64,000 bases of DNA from an uncultured Chloroflexia bacterium (lineage in GTDB: Bacteria; Chloroflexota; Limnocylindria; Limnocylindrales; CSP1-4), in NCBI GenBank assembly GCA_963735455.1, contig CAVTKZ010000004.1, positions 435,238 through 499,237 of the forward strand. The letters are read 5' to 3'. How positions within the stretch are numbered: the stretch's first letter is position 1; every line of letters starts with the position of its first letter. The notes beneath the pieces are model-generated. The model saw only the letters and a list, made by a program, of their open reading frames with translations. It was not told the DNA's origin and made no database searches. A program made the position numbers and the translations under genes. Below are positions 27,197 through 35,796 of this stretch, piece by piece.

Positions 27197-29826
27197 GGCG
27201 TGAGGGTGAGGGTCGTCACGCTGGCAGCGTGACGGGCCGCGGCGCTGAAGGGCAGGGGGACCTGGCGGCCGTTCAGCCAGTCCTCGATCAGGTCGCCGTA
27301 ATGGGGATCGCTGGGATTGCCCGACTGGCCGGTCGTGATCACGATCCGGGCGGCGTCGAGCTTGCCCATGTCCACGTCCAGCCGGTAGCTGGGCATGTTG
27401 GTCATCTCGAAGACCGAGCGGAGGTCGGTGGCCGCCTTGACGGTGGGGTCATACGGGTCGTCGTAGGCGACGCTGAACTGGTAGTACGTCGCGTCAACCG
27501 CGCCGGCGGCACCCGCGACCGGGTAGGGGCCCTGGTCGAAGTACCACTCGAGCGGCGCGATCCCGCTCTCGCCCAGGGTCACCTCGCGGAACGTGGTGGT
27601 GTGCAGCCGGGCCCAGGTCCAGGAGGCCGGGTCCGCCCCGAGCGACGAGTGGAGGGCGGCCCCGGTGCTGTCCAGGGCCGCCTTCAGGATGTCGGCCTGG
27701 GTCTCCTTCCTGGTGGTCGTCGTGACGTCGTCCCAGAACGGGTCAGCGGGCTTGGCCAGCAGCGAGATCAGGCCCTGCCAGCTCTCGGTGCTGCCGACGT
27801 ACTCGCGGGCGAGCGAGCCGAGGTCGTCGTCCCAGAGGTGCCGCTCGAGCTGCTCCTCGAAGGCCATGTAGGCGGCGCAGCCGGTGCTGTCCAGGCCGCA
27901 GGTCTGGTCCCAGCCCTGGATCGCGCCGAGGACCGCGTTGCCGTCATCGGTCGACGCGCTCAGCCCCTTGAGGTAGGGGATCACGAGGGCGGCCCGCAGG
28001 ACCTTGGTGTCGGCCTGGATCGCGCTCATGTCAGCGAGGGTCACCCCACCGTGGGCGATGTCCGACTTGAGCAGCTCGGTGATCCGCGCCGCGCGATAGC
28101 CCGGATCCCAGTCCTGGGCGATGAAATACGGGTAGGCGCTGTCGACCAGCTCGTTGTTGGCGCTGACGATCAGCCCCGAGGGCGGGTTGTAGACCCGCGG
28201 CAGCTGGTCGTAGGGGATCATCCCGGTCCATTCATGGAGGCCGTCGTAGCCCGGCACGGGTCGTTCGCCGTGATCGTCCTTGTCCGCCCGAATCGGGATC
28301 CAGCCGGGGGCCTGGTAGCCGATGTTGCCATCGACGTCGGCGTATACGAAGTTCTGGGCGGGCGCACCGTAGACTCGAAGGGCCGCCCGGAAGTCGTTGT
28401 AGTTCGCGGCCTTGTCCAGGCCCAGGAACGAGTCCAGGATCCCGTTCGGCTGGGAGGTTGCCGTCCAGCGCAGGGCGTATTGCATCGGCAGGTCCTTGAG
28501 CCGGTCGTCCACGTCGGTCACGATCGGGCCGTGGCCCGTCGAGCGAACGGTCAGGGTCACCGGCGCCGCGCCGGCCACCTTGATCGTCTCGGTCCGGTTC
28601 GTGAACGGGACGGACTGGCCCTTGAACAGGTAGTTCGCCGGGTTGCTCGGGTCGGGCTGCTCGATGAACAGGTCCTCGACGTCCGGCCCGAGGTTCGTCG
28701 CACCCCACGCGATCCGCTCGTTGTGGCCCAGGATCACCAGCGGATCGCCCGGGAAGCTGACCCCGGTCACGTCGAACGGGCAGGCCGGGCTGACGACCTG
28801 GCAGTGGAGCCCGTTCATGATCCAGACCGACGGCATGCTGATCCCGAGGTGAGGGTCGTTGGCCAGCAGCGCCTTGCCGTCGGCGCTCTTCGAACCGGCC
28901 ACGACCCAGTTGTTGGAGCCCACGCCGTGGTCGCCGACGAGTCCCTGGGCGGGGTCGATTCCGGCCGTCGCGGCGATCGACTGCCCTAGTGCGGCGAGCG
29001 CCCGGAGGCCGTCGGCCTGGCTCGCGCTGAGCCTCGGAACCTGGCCGCCCGCGCTCGCCTCTCGACCGGGCGATAAGGCGCTCGGCAGGTTGGCCCCGGC
29101 GCCGCCGGAGCCGGGCTCGCCGCTCGGGACGATGACCGGGTTGGTCGTCGGATAGGGTGGGCTGAGCTCGTCGGTTCGGGCTGGGTCGCCCAGCTTGGCA
29201 TCGGCCAGCACCCGGAAGATCTCGGAATCGAAGTTGTCGCCCAGCGACCAGGCCTGGACGATCGCCCAGGTGGCCGAGTCGAGCGGTGTCCACGGCTCGG
29301 GCTCGTAGCCGCCCACGCCGCCGCCCAGGCCGGCCTTGAGCCCTTCGACGACGAAGGCCAGGCCGAGGTTGCCCTTGTTCGCGGTGATCCAGTCGTTGAC
29401 CCCGTCGGCGTAGGCCTGCAGGTCGGCCTTCAGCTCAGGTGAAGCGGCGTCGAGGTCACGCTGGGCGGCCTGCCGCCAGCCCAGGGTCCGGATGAACTCA
29501 TCTTCCTTGAGGGTCGTCTCGCCGAACAGCTCGGACAGCCGCCCCGCGCCGATGTGGCGCCAGACCTCCATCTGCCAGAACCGCTCCTGGGCATGGCTGT
29601 AGCCCTGGGCGAGGAACAGGTCGTGGGGCGTGGTCGCGCTGATGTTGATGATCCCCGACGCGTCGCGGGTGACCGTCACCGGGGCGGTCAGGCCGGCCGC
29701 CTTGAGCGAGCCGCTGGTCGTGGGCAGGGCGCGATGGGTGATCCAGACCAGGAGTCCACCGGTCGCCAGGACCAGCACGATCAGCAGCAGGAGCAGGATG
29801 CTCAGCAGGCGGCCCAGGATGCGCAC
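27193..29826 (-). CDS. Penicillin/AHL-acylase family Ntn-hydrolase with an N-terminal membrane anchor
   Basis: GTG start with GGAGGG upstream. Motifs QGYSHAQERFWQME and beta-subunit nucleophile HGVGSNNWVVAG. Confidence 0.9.
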   Translation of the reverse strand: MRILGRLLSILLLLLIVLVLATGGLLVWITHRALPTTSGSLKAAGLTAPVTVTRDASGIINISATTPHDLFLAQGYSHAQERFWQMEVWRHIGAGRLSELFGETTLKEDEFIRTLGWRQAAQRDLDAASPELKADLQAYADGVNDWITANKGNLGLAFVVEGLKAGLGGGVGGYEPEPWTPLDSATWAIVQAWSLGDNFDSEIFRVLADAKLGDPARTDELSPPYPTTNPVIVPSGEPGSGGAGANLPSALSPGREASAGGQVPRLSASQADGLRALAALGQSIAATAGIDPAQGLVGDHGVGSNNWVVAGSKSADGKALLANDPHLGISMPSVWIMNGLHCQVVSPACPFDVTGVSFPGDPLVILGHNERIAWGATNLGPDVEDLFIEQPDPSNPANYLFKGQSVPFTNRTETIKVAGAAPVTLTVRSTGHGPIVTDVDDRLKDLPMQYALRWTATSQPNGILDSFLGLDKAANYNDFRAALRVYGAPAQNFVYADVDGNIGYQAPGWIPIRADKDDHGERPVPGYDGLHEWTGMIPYDQLPRVYNPPSGLIVSANNELVDSAYPYFIAQDWDPGYRAARITELLKSDIAHGGVTLADMSAIQADTKVLRAALVIPYLKGLSASTDDGNAVLGAIQGWDQTCGLDSTGCAAYMAFEEQLERHLWDDDLGSLAREYVGSTESWQGLISLLAKPADPFWDDVTTTTRKETQADILKAALDSTGAALHSSLGADPASWTWARLHTTTFREVTLGESGIAPLEWYFDQGPYPVAGAAGAVDATYYQFSVAYDDPYDPTVKAATDLRSVFEMTNMPSYRLDVDMGKLDAARIVITTGQSGNPSDPHYGDLIEDWLNGRQVPLPFSAAARHAASVTTLTLTP

Positions 29827-29910
29827 GAGTCCCTCCGCGATTCGGCGAGCCGAATGCCGCCGCCGCCAGTGTGCGGTGCCCAGCCGGCCTTTGCCGGGCC
29901 GGCTCGCGGC

Positions 29911-30915
29911 TCAGGCCGGAAGGCGAATCCCGAGGCCGGCCGCCTGGGCGTTGCGGACGATCGCGTCGCCGAAGACGAGATCGGCCAGGCCCACCCCCAG
30001 GTGGCTGACCAGGATCCGGCCGGACGGCGGCCGCTCCAGCCCGTCCCGAATCGCCCGGCCGATCGTGCTGTGCGGGTCGGGATAGGCGTCGAACAGCCCG
30101 GCCGATCGGTTGGCGTCGAACTGGCCGCGTTCGTCGACGAGGAACAGGCCGACCTCGCGGGCCACCTCGTGGTGGACGCTGGTCGCGTAGTCGACGGCGA
30201 CGACCAGGGCATTCGGCGCGAGGTGCGCACTGCGCAGCGTCTGGCGGATCGGCCCGAAGGAGATCGCGGTGACCACGACGTCCGCCCCGCGGGCAGCGTC
30301 CTGCGCCGTCCCGGCGACATCCGCCCGGGCGATCCCGGGTGTGCCTCTGGCAATCTCGGCAACCGCCTCGGCCCGCTCCGGATGGCGGTCATGGATCACG
30401 ATCTCGGCCCCGGGCAGGAGGTGACCGATCACCGGCAGATGACTGCGGGCCTGCACGCCCGCCCCGAGGATCGCCACCCGCGCCCGCCCGCCCGTGGCGC
30501 CGTCTCGAAGCGGGCCCCAGTGACGGATCGCGACGCCCGAGATCCCCGCGGTCCGGTCGGCCGTGATCGGGGCGCCGTCGAGGATCGCCCGAGGCTGCCC
30601 GCTGAGCGGGTCGCTCAGGACGACTGTCGCGTGGATCGTGGGCAGCCCGATCGAGCTGTTGGCCGGGAAGCCGACAACCCATTTCACGCCCAGGAGATCG
30701 CCCGAGGCATCGTTCGAGGGGCCGCGCAGGAAGGCCGGCATCGCGTGGCCGAAGGAGCCCGCCGGCCGGGCGCCGACGCCGATCTTGGGCGGCAGCTCGG
30801 CGTCCTCGATCAGGGCCAGCATGGTCCGCTCGGCGAGCTCGATCCGGGTGGCCACGTCGGGCATCGCCGCCCGGACCGCTGCGCCGTCGAGGTACAGGAT
30901 CCCGGGCTCGGCCAT
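29911..30915 (-). CDS. Ornithine cyclodeaminase / mu-crystallin family protein
   Basis: Rossmann motif VAILGAGVQARSH; family-typical ITADRTAG. Confidence 0.85.
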   Translation of the reverse strand: MAEPGILYLDGAAVRAAMPDVATRIELAERTMLALIEDAELPPKIGVGARPAGSFGHAMPAFLRGPSNDASGDLLGVKWVVGFPANSSIGLPTIHATVVLSDPLSGQPRAILDGAPITADRTAGISGVAIRHWGPLRDGATGGRARVAILGAGVQARSHLPVIGHLLPGAEIVIHDRHPERAEAVAEIARGTPGIARADVAGTAQDAARGADVVVTAISFGPIRQTLRSAHLAPNALVVAVDYATSVHHEVAREVGLFLVDERGQFDANRSAGLFDAYPDPHSTIGRAIRDGLERPPSGRILVSHLGVGLADLVFGDAIVRNAQAAGLGIRLPA

Positions 30916-30967
30916 GCGCCGGATTCTAGCCAGCCCGGGCCCCGGCCTGCCCGGCTACCATCGGAAC

Positions 30968-32161
30968 GTGACCACGATCGACGTCCAGACCAGCCTTGAG
31001 AACCTCAAGCTCGAGCGCGACGCGATCATCCTGTACGACGCCCTGGCCGGGATCGAGAAGGACGAGCGCCGGGCGACCGCGTTCCGGACGATCGCCGGCA
31101 ACGAGCGCCGTCACGCCGAGGTATGGGCCTCGAAGCTGCGCGAGCTGGGGGCGACGGTCCCGGCCGTGGGCGGGCCGCGGCTGCGAGTCCGGACGATCAT
31201 CGTCCTGGCCCGGATCTTCGGGACGCGCTCGGTCAGCGACCTCGTCCAGGCCCTCGAAGGCGACGAGGAGACGGCCTACAGCGGGCAGGCCTCGCCCGAG
31301 GTCGAGGCGATCGCCGCCGACGAGCGCGAGCACGCCCAGATCTGGAAGCGGCTGGCCGGCGCCCCGGCGGCCGGCTTGCCCATGGCGGGAGCGCCACAGA
31401 ACCTCCAGGCGGACCCGGCCGTCCTGCGCGAGGTCAAGGCGCCGCGCGCGACCGGCGAGGTTGGCCGGGACGAGCGCTGGCATCGGAGCGGCCAATCGGG
31501 CACCCTCCGGGCGGTCATCTTCGGTGTCTCCGACGGGCTGGTCAGCAACACCTCGCTGGTGATGGGCATCAGCGGGGCATCGACCGACCCGCATTTCATC
31601 CTGCTGGCCGGGATCGCCGGCCTGCTGGCCGGCTCGTTCAGCATGGCCGCCGGCGAGTACATCTCGATGCAGTCACAGCGCGAGCTGTATGAGCGCCAGA
31701 TCGCCCTGGAGCGGGCCGAGATGCAGGCGATGCCCGACGAGGAGCAAGCCGAGCTGGCCGCGATCTACCGCACGAAGGGCTTCACCGACGAAGAGGCGAC
31801 GCGGGTCGCGGCGCGCCTGTTCCGGGATCCGGAAGCCGCCCTGGACACCCTGATTCGCGAGGAGCTGGGCCTCGATCCGGACCAGCTCGGCTCACCCTGG
31901 GGAGCGGCCTTCGGCTCGCTCGTCGCGTTCGCCGCCGGGGCCGCGGTGCCGGTGCTGCCCTACCTGGTCGCATCGGGGGCCCTGGCCTTTGGGGTCAGCA
32001 TCGTCCTCAGCCTGGCCGCGATGTTCGTGGTCGGGATCGGGATCAGCCTGCTGACCGGCCGGAGCGCCCTGTTCACGGGAGCTCGCCAGGTCGGGATCGG
32101 CGCCCTGGCGGCCGCCGTCACGTTCCTCGTCGGGCGGATCATCGGCGTCGCCGTCAGCTGA
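30968..32161 (+). CDS. VIT1/CCC1-family iron/manganese transporter with an N-terminal ferritin-like (rubrerythrin-type) domain
   Basis: GTG 30968 within ORF 30563... Motifs ERRHAEVW / EREHAQIW, then FGVSDGLVSN and MAAGEYISMQSQRE. Confidence 0.85.
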   Translation: MTTIDVQTSLENLKLERDAIILYDALAGIEKDERRATAFRTIAGNERRHAEVWASKLRELGATVPAVGGPRLRVRTIIVLARIFGTRSVSDLVQALEGDEETAYSGQASPEVEAIAADEREHAQIWKRLAGAPAAGLPMAGAPQNLQADPAVLREVKAPRATGEVGRDERWHRSGQSGTLRAVIFGVSDGLVSNTSLVMGISGASTDPHFILLAGIAGLLAGSFSMAAGEYISMQSQRELYERQIALERAEMQAMPDEEQAELAAIYRTKGFTDEEATRVAARLFRDPEAALDTLIREELGLDPDQLGSPWGAAFGSLVAFAAGAAVPVLPYLVASGALAFGVSIVLSLAAMFVVGIGISLLTGRSALFTGARQVGIGALAAAVTFLVGRIIGVAVS

Positions 32162-32211
32162 TGGCTGCCTCGTCGGGCGCGCCCGGGCCTCGCGCCGTCA
32201 GCTGATGGCTG
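32149..32211 (+). repeat. 19-bp perfect direct repeat (period 44 bp) spanning the VIT stop and the cupin start
   Basis: CGCCGTCAGCTGATGGCTG occurs at 32149-32167 and at 32193-32211. Confidence 0.9.
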
Positions 32212-32552
32212 GGTCTGGTGCCCGCGGGCCGTCCGGCGGTGCTGCCGGCTTCGAGGCCCGGCTGCGCGCCGAGGGCCTCGATCCAGGCTCGTGGGGCAAC
32301 GGCCCGGGCGATCGCTACGCCCCGCACGAGCACGGCTACGACAAGGTGATCGTGGTCACGTCCGGCTCGATCACGTTCGGCCTGCCTGGCGTCGGGGCGT
32401 CGATCGTCCTGTCCGCCGGGGACCGGCTCGAGCTGCCCGCCGGCACCGAGCACGACGGCCTCGTCGGCCCGGCCGGCGTGCGCTGCCTCGAGGCGCACCT
32501 CGCCCCGGGCTCGTTGGCCGTCGCGCGACGGATCCCGGCGGGGGAGTGGTAG
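32205..32552 (+). CDS. Cupin-domain protein
   Basis: Motifs HEHGYDKVIVVTSGSITF and LELPAGTEH. Confidence 0.75.
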   Translation: MAGSGARGPSGGAAGFEARLRAEGLDPGSWGNGPGDRYAPHEHGYDKVIVVTSGSITFGLPGVGASIVLSAGDRLELPAGTEHDGLVGPAGVRCLEAHLAPGSLAVARRIPAGEW

Positions 32553-32583
32553 GCGTTCGCTTGCCCAGGCTCTGACAAATGCC

Positions 32584-32730
32584 GCGAAAAGTCGAGCTTA
32601 TGGTCGAATACGGGTCCGCGTGAGGGCGATCGCGGGGCGTGCTGAGGCGACTCGTGCGTGGATTAGCCTGCGGCGAGGCCGATTTCGTGCCGAGGATCCG
32701 TGATTCGACCATAAGGTCGCGAAAAGTCGT
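32584..32730. repeat. MITE-like element: 13-bp terminal inverted repeats flanked by 12-bp direct repeats
   Basis: CGCGAAAAGTCG (32584-32595), AG, CTTATGGTCGAAT (32598-32610), 93 nt, ATTCGACCATAAG (32704-32716), GT, CGCGAAAAGTCG (32719-32730). Confidence 0.7.
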
Positions 32731-33070
32731 GATTTGGCAAGCCGGGGCTCAAACGCCGCGCAACGAACTCCCCGCCCGGGCGCGCGCCGCGAACTCCGGC
32801 CGGCAGCTCAGCAGATGCGACAGAGATTAGCCCCCGTGATGCTGGGCGCGATCCGAAGGTCACGGAGCGCGAGTTGGCGGGCGCATTGCGTCCGGCGAGC
32901 GTGGCCTGGGATACGTTGCCCTGCTTCTGGGCGACCGGGCTGCGATCCTCGCCACGCGGCCGGGCCCGATCCCAGGTCCGCGCCATGCCGCGGAGCGCGT
33001 GGCTGTGGCTCGACGCCGAGGCGCAGGCAGCGGGCCGGCCGCCCACCGGCACGATCCCGGGAATCGACAA

Positions 33071-33091
33071 GGCCCCCGGCGTTCGGGGGCC
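33071..33091 (-). terminator. Intrinsic-terminator-like hairpin after the 44-aa gene
   Basis: GGCCCCCG-5 nt-CGGGGGCC. The minus strand continues TTGTCGATT. Confidence 0.6.
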
Positions 33092-33126
33092 TCGTGGGGG
33101 TAGGCTAGGGAGCCTGCCGCGCTGGC

Positions 33127-33261
33127 TTAGCGCATTCCGTAGCGCGTCCAGGCTGCGAGATGATCTCGTGGATCGGTGCCCTCTCGACCTTCGTCGGAAG
33201 AGAGCAGGATGCTCACAAACGCGAAGAGCGCGAGGAGGGCGACAGAGCTGGCGATCAGCAT
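33127..33261 (-). CDS. 44-aa single-pass membrane peptide, hypothetical
   Basis: GGAGGA lies 7 nt upstream of ATG 33261. Sequence MLIASSVALLALFAFVSILLSS.... Confidence 0.55.
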   Translation of the reverse strand: MLIASSVALLALFAFVSILLSSDEGREGTDPRDHLAAWTRYGMR

Positions 33262-33355
33262 GTCGAGTTCCTCCGGATGACTGGATGGACTCCGCCGAAA
33301 CGGACCGCCACGACTTGTGGCAGCCGAACCATCCTGTTGCTCTTGCGCAGTGTAG

Positions 33356-33396
33356 CCTAACAAATCGTGGCTGTAAAGCCTCCTAACCTAACAAAT
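33356..33396. promoter_or_regulatory. Two CCTAACAAAT boxes, 31 bp apart, in the AT-richer divergent region upstream of the Lrp gene
   Basis: Copies at 33356-33365 and 33387-33396, plus an extra CCTAAC at 33382. Confidence 0.35.
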
Positions 33397-33405
33397 AAGG
33401 ATGAG

Positions 33406-33897
33406 ATGTCTCGTCAGGACGGACTTAGCCGGGTCGACCTCCGAATCCTGGACATCCTCCAGCGGGATGGTCGGGCGTCCTTCTCCGACATCGGCGCGGC
33501 CGTGGGCATGAGCGCGCCATCGGCCCACGAGCGGGTCAAGAAGCTCGAGGCCCGGGGCGTGATCCAGGGCTATGGTGCGCGCCTCGATGCCCGCGCCCTG
33601 GGGCGCGGGATCCTGGCCTTCAGCTGGGTCCGCCAGTCGCCCGGGCCATCGACGACCGACCTGACCGAGGCCTTCGGCGAGCTGCCCGAGATCGAGGAGT
33701 GCCACCACATCGCCGGCGAAGCCGACTACCTGCTCAAGGTCCGGGCGGCCGACACGCTCGACCTCGAACGGGTCATGAAGCGGATCCAGGCCATCCCGTT
33801 CGTCTACACGACCGAGACCGACGTCGTCTATTCGAGCGCGTTCGAGCACCGCCCGCTGGCGATCCCGGTTGAAACCGCGGCCGAGCCGGACGCGTAG
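33406..33897 (+). CDS. Lrp/AsnC-family transcriptional regulator
   Basis: AAGGA RBS before ATG 33406. HTH LDILQRDGRASFSDIGAAVGMSAPSAHERVKKLE, followed by a RAM domain. Confidence 0.9.
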   Translation: MSRQDGLSRVDLRILDILQRDGRASFSDIGAAVGMSAPSAHERVKKLEARGVIQGYGARLDARALGRGILAFSWVRQSPGPSTTDLTEAFGELPEIEECHHIAGEADYLLKVRAADTLDLERVMKRIQAIPFVYTTETDVVYSSAFEHRPLAIPVETAAEPDA

Positions 33898-33900
33898 CCG

Positions 33901-34554
33901 ATGACAGGCGAGGACTCCGCCCTCGTCCGGGCGGTGGCGTCCGGATCCGAGGATGCCCTCGTCCAGCTCTATGACCGCTATGCCGGCCCCGTCTACGCCA
34001 CCGCGCGCCGGCTGACAACTGATCGGGGACTCGCCGAAGACGTGGTCCAGGAAACCTTCCTCGCCCTGTGGAACCGGGCCGAGCAGTACGACCCGGCGAT
34101 GGGCTCGCTGCCGGCCTGGCTGCTGACGATCGCCCGCAACCGGACGATCGACCGCCTGCGCGCCCTCGGCCGCCGCCCGCCGACCGTCCCGGTCTCCGAT
34201 GTCGCCCTGCCCGACGAAGGCGACACGGCGGCCCTCGAACGGCTGATTGCCGGTGGCGAAGTGGTCGGTGCCGGCCAGCCGGTCATGGGTCCCGCCGCGC
34301 TGCTGGCCGAGACCGAGCTGCGCACCTCGCTGGCCGAAGCCCTGGCCGAGCTGCCCGATGTCGAGCGGGCCGTCCTCGTCCTGGCCTACCGCGACGAGCT
34401 GAGCCAGAGCGAGATCGCCGAGCGCCTGGGCTGGCCGATCGGGACGGTCAAGACCCGCACCCGCCGGGCCCTGCTCCGGATGCGCAACGCGCTCGGACCG
34501 GGGTTCATGCCGGTTGACGGGCCGACCACGATCGTTGGAGCGATCGAGCGATGA
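33901..34554 (+). CDS. ECF (sigma-70 family group 4) sigma factor
   Basis: Region 2 (DVVQETFLALW) and region 4 (LSQSEIAERLGWPIGTVKTRTRRAL). Confidence 0.9.
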   Translation: MTGEDSALVRAVASGSEDALVQLYDRYAGPVYATARRLTTDRGLAEDVVQETFLALWNRAEQYDPAMGSLPAWLLTIARNRTIDRLRALGRRPPTVPVSDVALPDEGDTAALERLIAGGEVVGAGQPVMGPAALLAETELRTSLAEALAELPDVERAVLVLAYRDELSQSEIAERLGWPIGTVKTRTRRALLRMRNALGPGFMPVDGPTTIVGAIER

Positions 34555-35393
34555 TCGACCACCGCGACGTCCGCGAGCAGCTCGAGCTGGCCGCCGTCCA
34601 GCCCGGCGGGCTCGATCGACTGGCCGCCGGCGACACGACCGAGGCAGCCGCCCTCGCCGGGCACCTGGCGGGCTGCCCGAGCTGCGCGGCCGAGGCCGAT
34701 CGGTTGCGGGCGTCCGCCGGCTTCATCCGGGACGCGGTCCTCGAGACCCCGCCGCCCGAGCTCCGCGACCGCACCCTCCAGCTGATCCGGACTGCCGGTC
34801 GAGCGCGCCCCGTGGCTGCGCCCGTGACCGCGCCCCTCTCCTCGCCGGCCGCAGCCCAGTCCTCGTCGATCACGGTCATCCGGCGGCGGTCCTGGCGCTC
34901 CATCGCGCTGCCCCTGGGAATCGCCGCGGCGCTGGTCATCGCCATCGCCGGAACGGCCGCGCTGGTCGGCAATCGAGCGGACCCGGCCCTGGCCTCGAGC
35001 CAGGCGACCTCGGCCGAGCTGGCCCGGGTCGCCTCGTGGGAACTGAAGGTCGGCGCCGAGCCCGATGTCAAGCGGATCACGCTCGCCAGCCAGACCGGCG
35101 CGGCGGCTCATGGCACGCTGCTCTTCTCGCCGACCAGCACCGACCTGGTCGTCGTCGCCAGCGGCCTCGCACCAGCGCCGGCCGGCGACGAGTATCGCTG
35201 CTGGGTTCTCCTCGGGGGGCAGCGCCTGGATGTTGGCCGGATGGACCTGGGTGGTGGCCTGGCCTACTGGGTCGGACCGGTGGCCGGCCTGGTCAATCCG
35301 CCGGCCGGGACGCCGTTCGGCGTCTCCCTCGCGGCGATCAACGGGCCAATCGCTCCGGGCGACCCGGTGATCGGCGGCTCATTCGGCGGTTGA
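34551..35393 (+). CDS. Anti-sigma factor: zf-HC2 N-terminus, one TM helix, RskA-like extracytoplasmic domain
   Basis: ATGA overlap with the sigma gene. Motifs HLAGCPSCAAE, TM IALPLGIAAALVIAIAG, and YRCWVLLGGQRLDVG. Confidence 0.85.
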   Translation: MIDHRDVREQLELAAVQPGGLDRLAAGDTTEAAALAGHLAGCPSCAAEADRLRASAGFIRDAVLETPPPELRDRTLQLIRTAGRARPVAAPVTAPLSSPAAAQSSSITVIRRRSWRSIALPLGIAAALVIAIAGTAALVGNRADPALASSQATSAELARVASWELKVGAEPDVKRITLASQTGAAAHGTLLFSPTSTDLVVVASGLAPAPAGDEYRCWVLLGGQRLDVGRMDLGGGLAYWVGPVAGLVNPPAGTPFGVSLAAINGPIAPGDPVIGGSFGG

Positions 35394-35416
35394 TCGTGTT
35401 GGGGCCCGTCTCCCGC

Positions 35417-35725
35417 TCAGGCGTGGTCGCCCGGGGCGGGGCTGTCCGCTTCGGCCTTGAACGCCGCCAGGTCGGGCCATTCGGCGCCACAGGCCAGGCA
35501 GCCGATGCCCGGCTCCTCCAGGCTCGGGCCGGTGACCATGCCGTAGATCTCGTCGAGCGGCCGGTAGCCGCTGACATCGATCGTGGGCAGGTTGAGGAGG
35601 GCGAGGCGGTGGGCGCCGCAGCGCGGACAGGCCTGTTCAGAACGGGTGGCTTCGTCGAGGGCGGGGTCGCCGTTGCCCGCGGCCGGCTCGGCCCCGGCCC
35701 GCGGCTTTCGGTCCTCGTCGCTCAA
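35417..35725 (-). CDS. Zinc-ribbon-like small protein, hypothetical
   Basis: TTG 35725 lies 5 nt after GGAAGGAG. Two Cys pairs: CPRCG ... CLACG. Confidence 0.55.
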   Translation of the reverse strand: MSDEDRKPRAGAEPAAGNGDPALDEATRSEQACPRCGAHRLALLNLPTIDVSGYRPLDEIYGMVTGPSLEEPGIGCLACGAEWPDLAAFKAEADSPAPGDHA

Positions 35726-35796
35726 CTCGGCTCCTTCCGGCAGCTGACCTCGACCGCCGCGCCGGCGGCGGACCGGCCGGTCCCGGCCGAGGCACG

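Noticed and set aside
32584-32600. CGCGAAAAGTCGAGC resembling the RNase P GAGGAAAGTCCGGGC box.
   Set aside because: The similarity is only partial. None of the other conserved RNase P elements are nearby, and the string is simply duplicated as a direct repeat.
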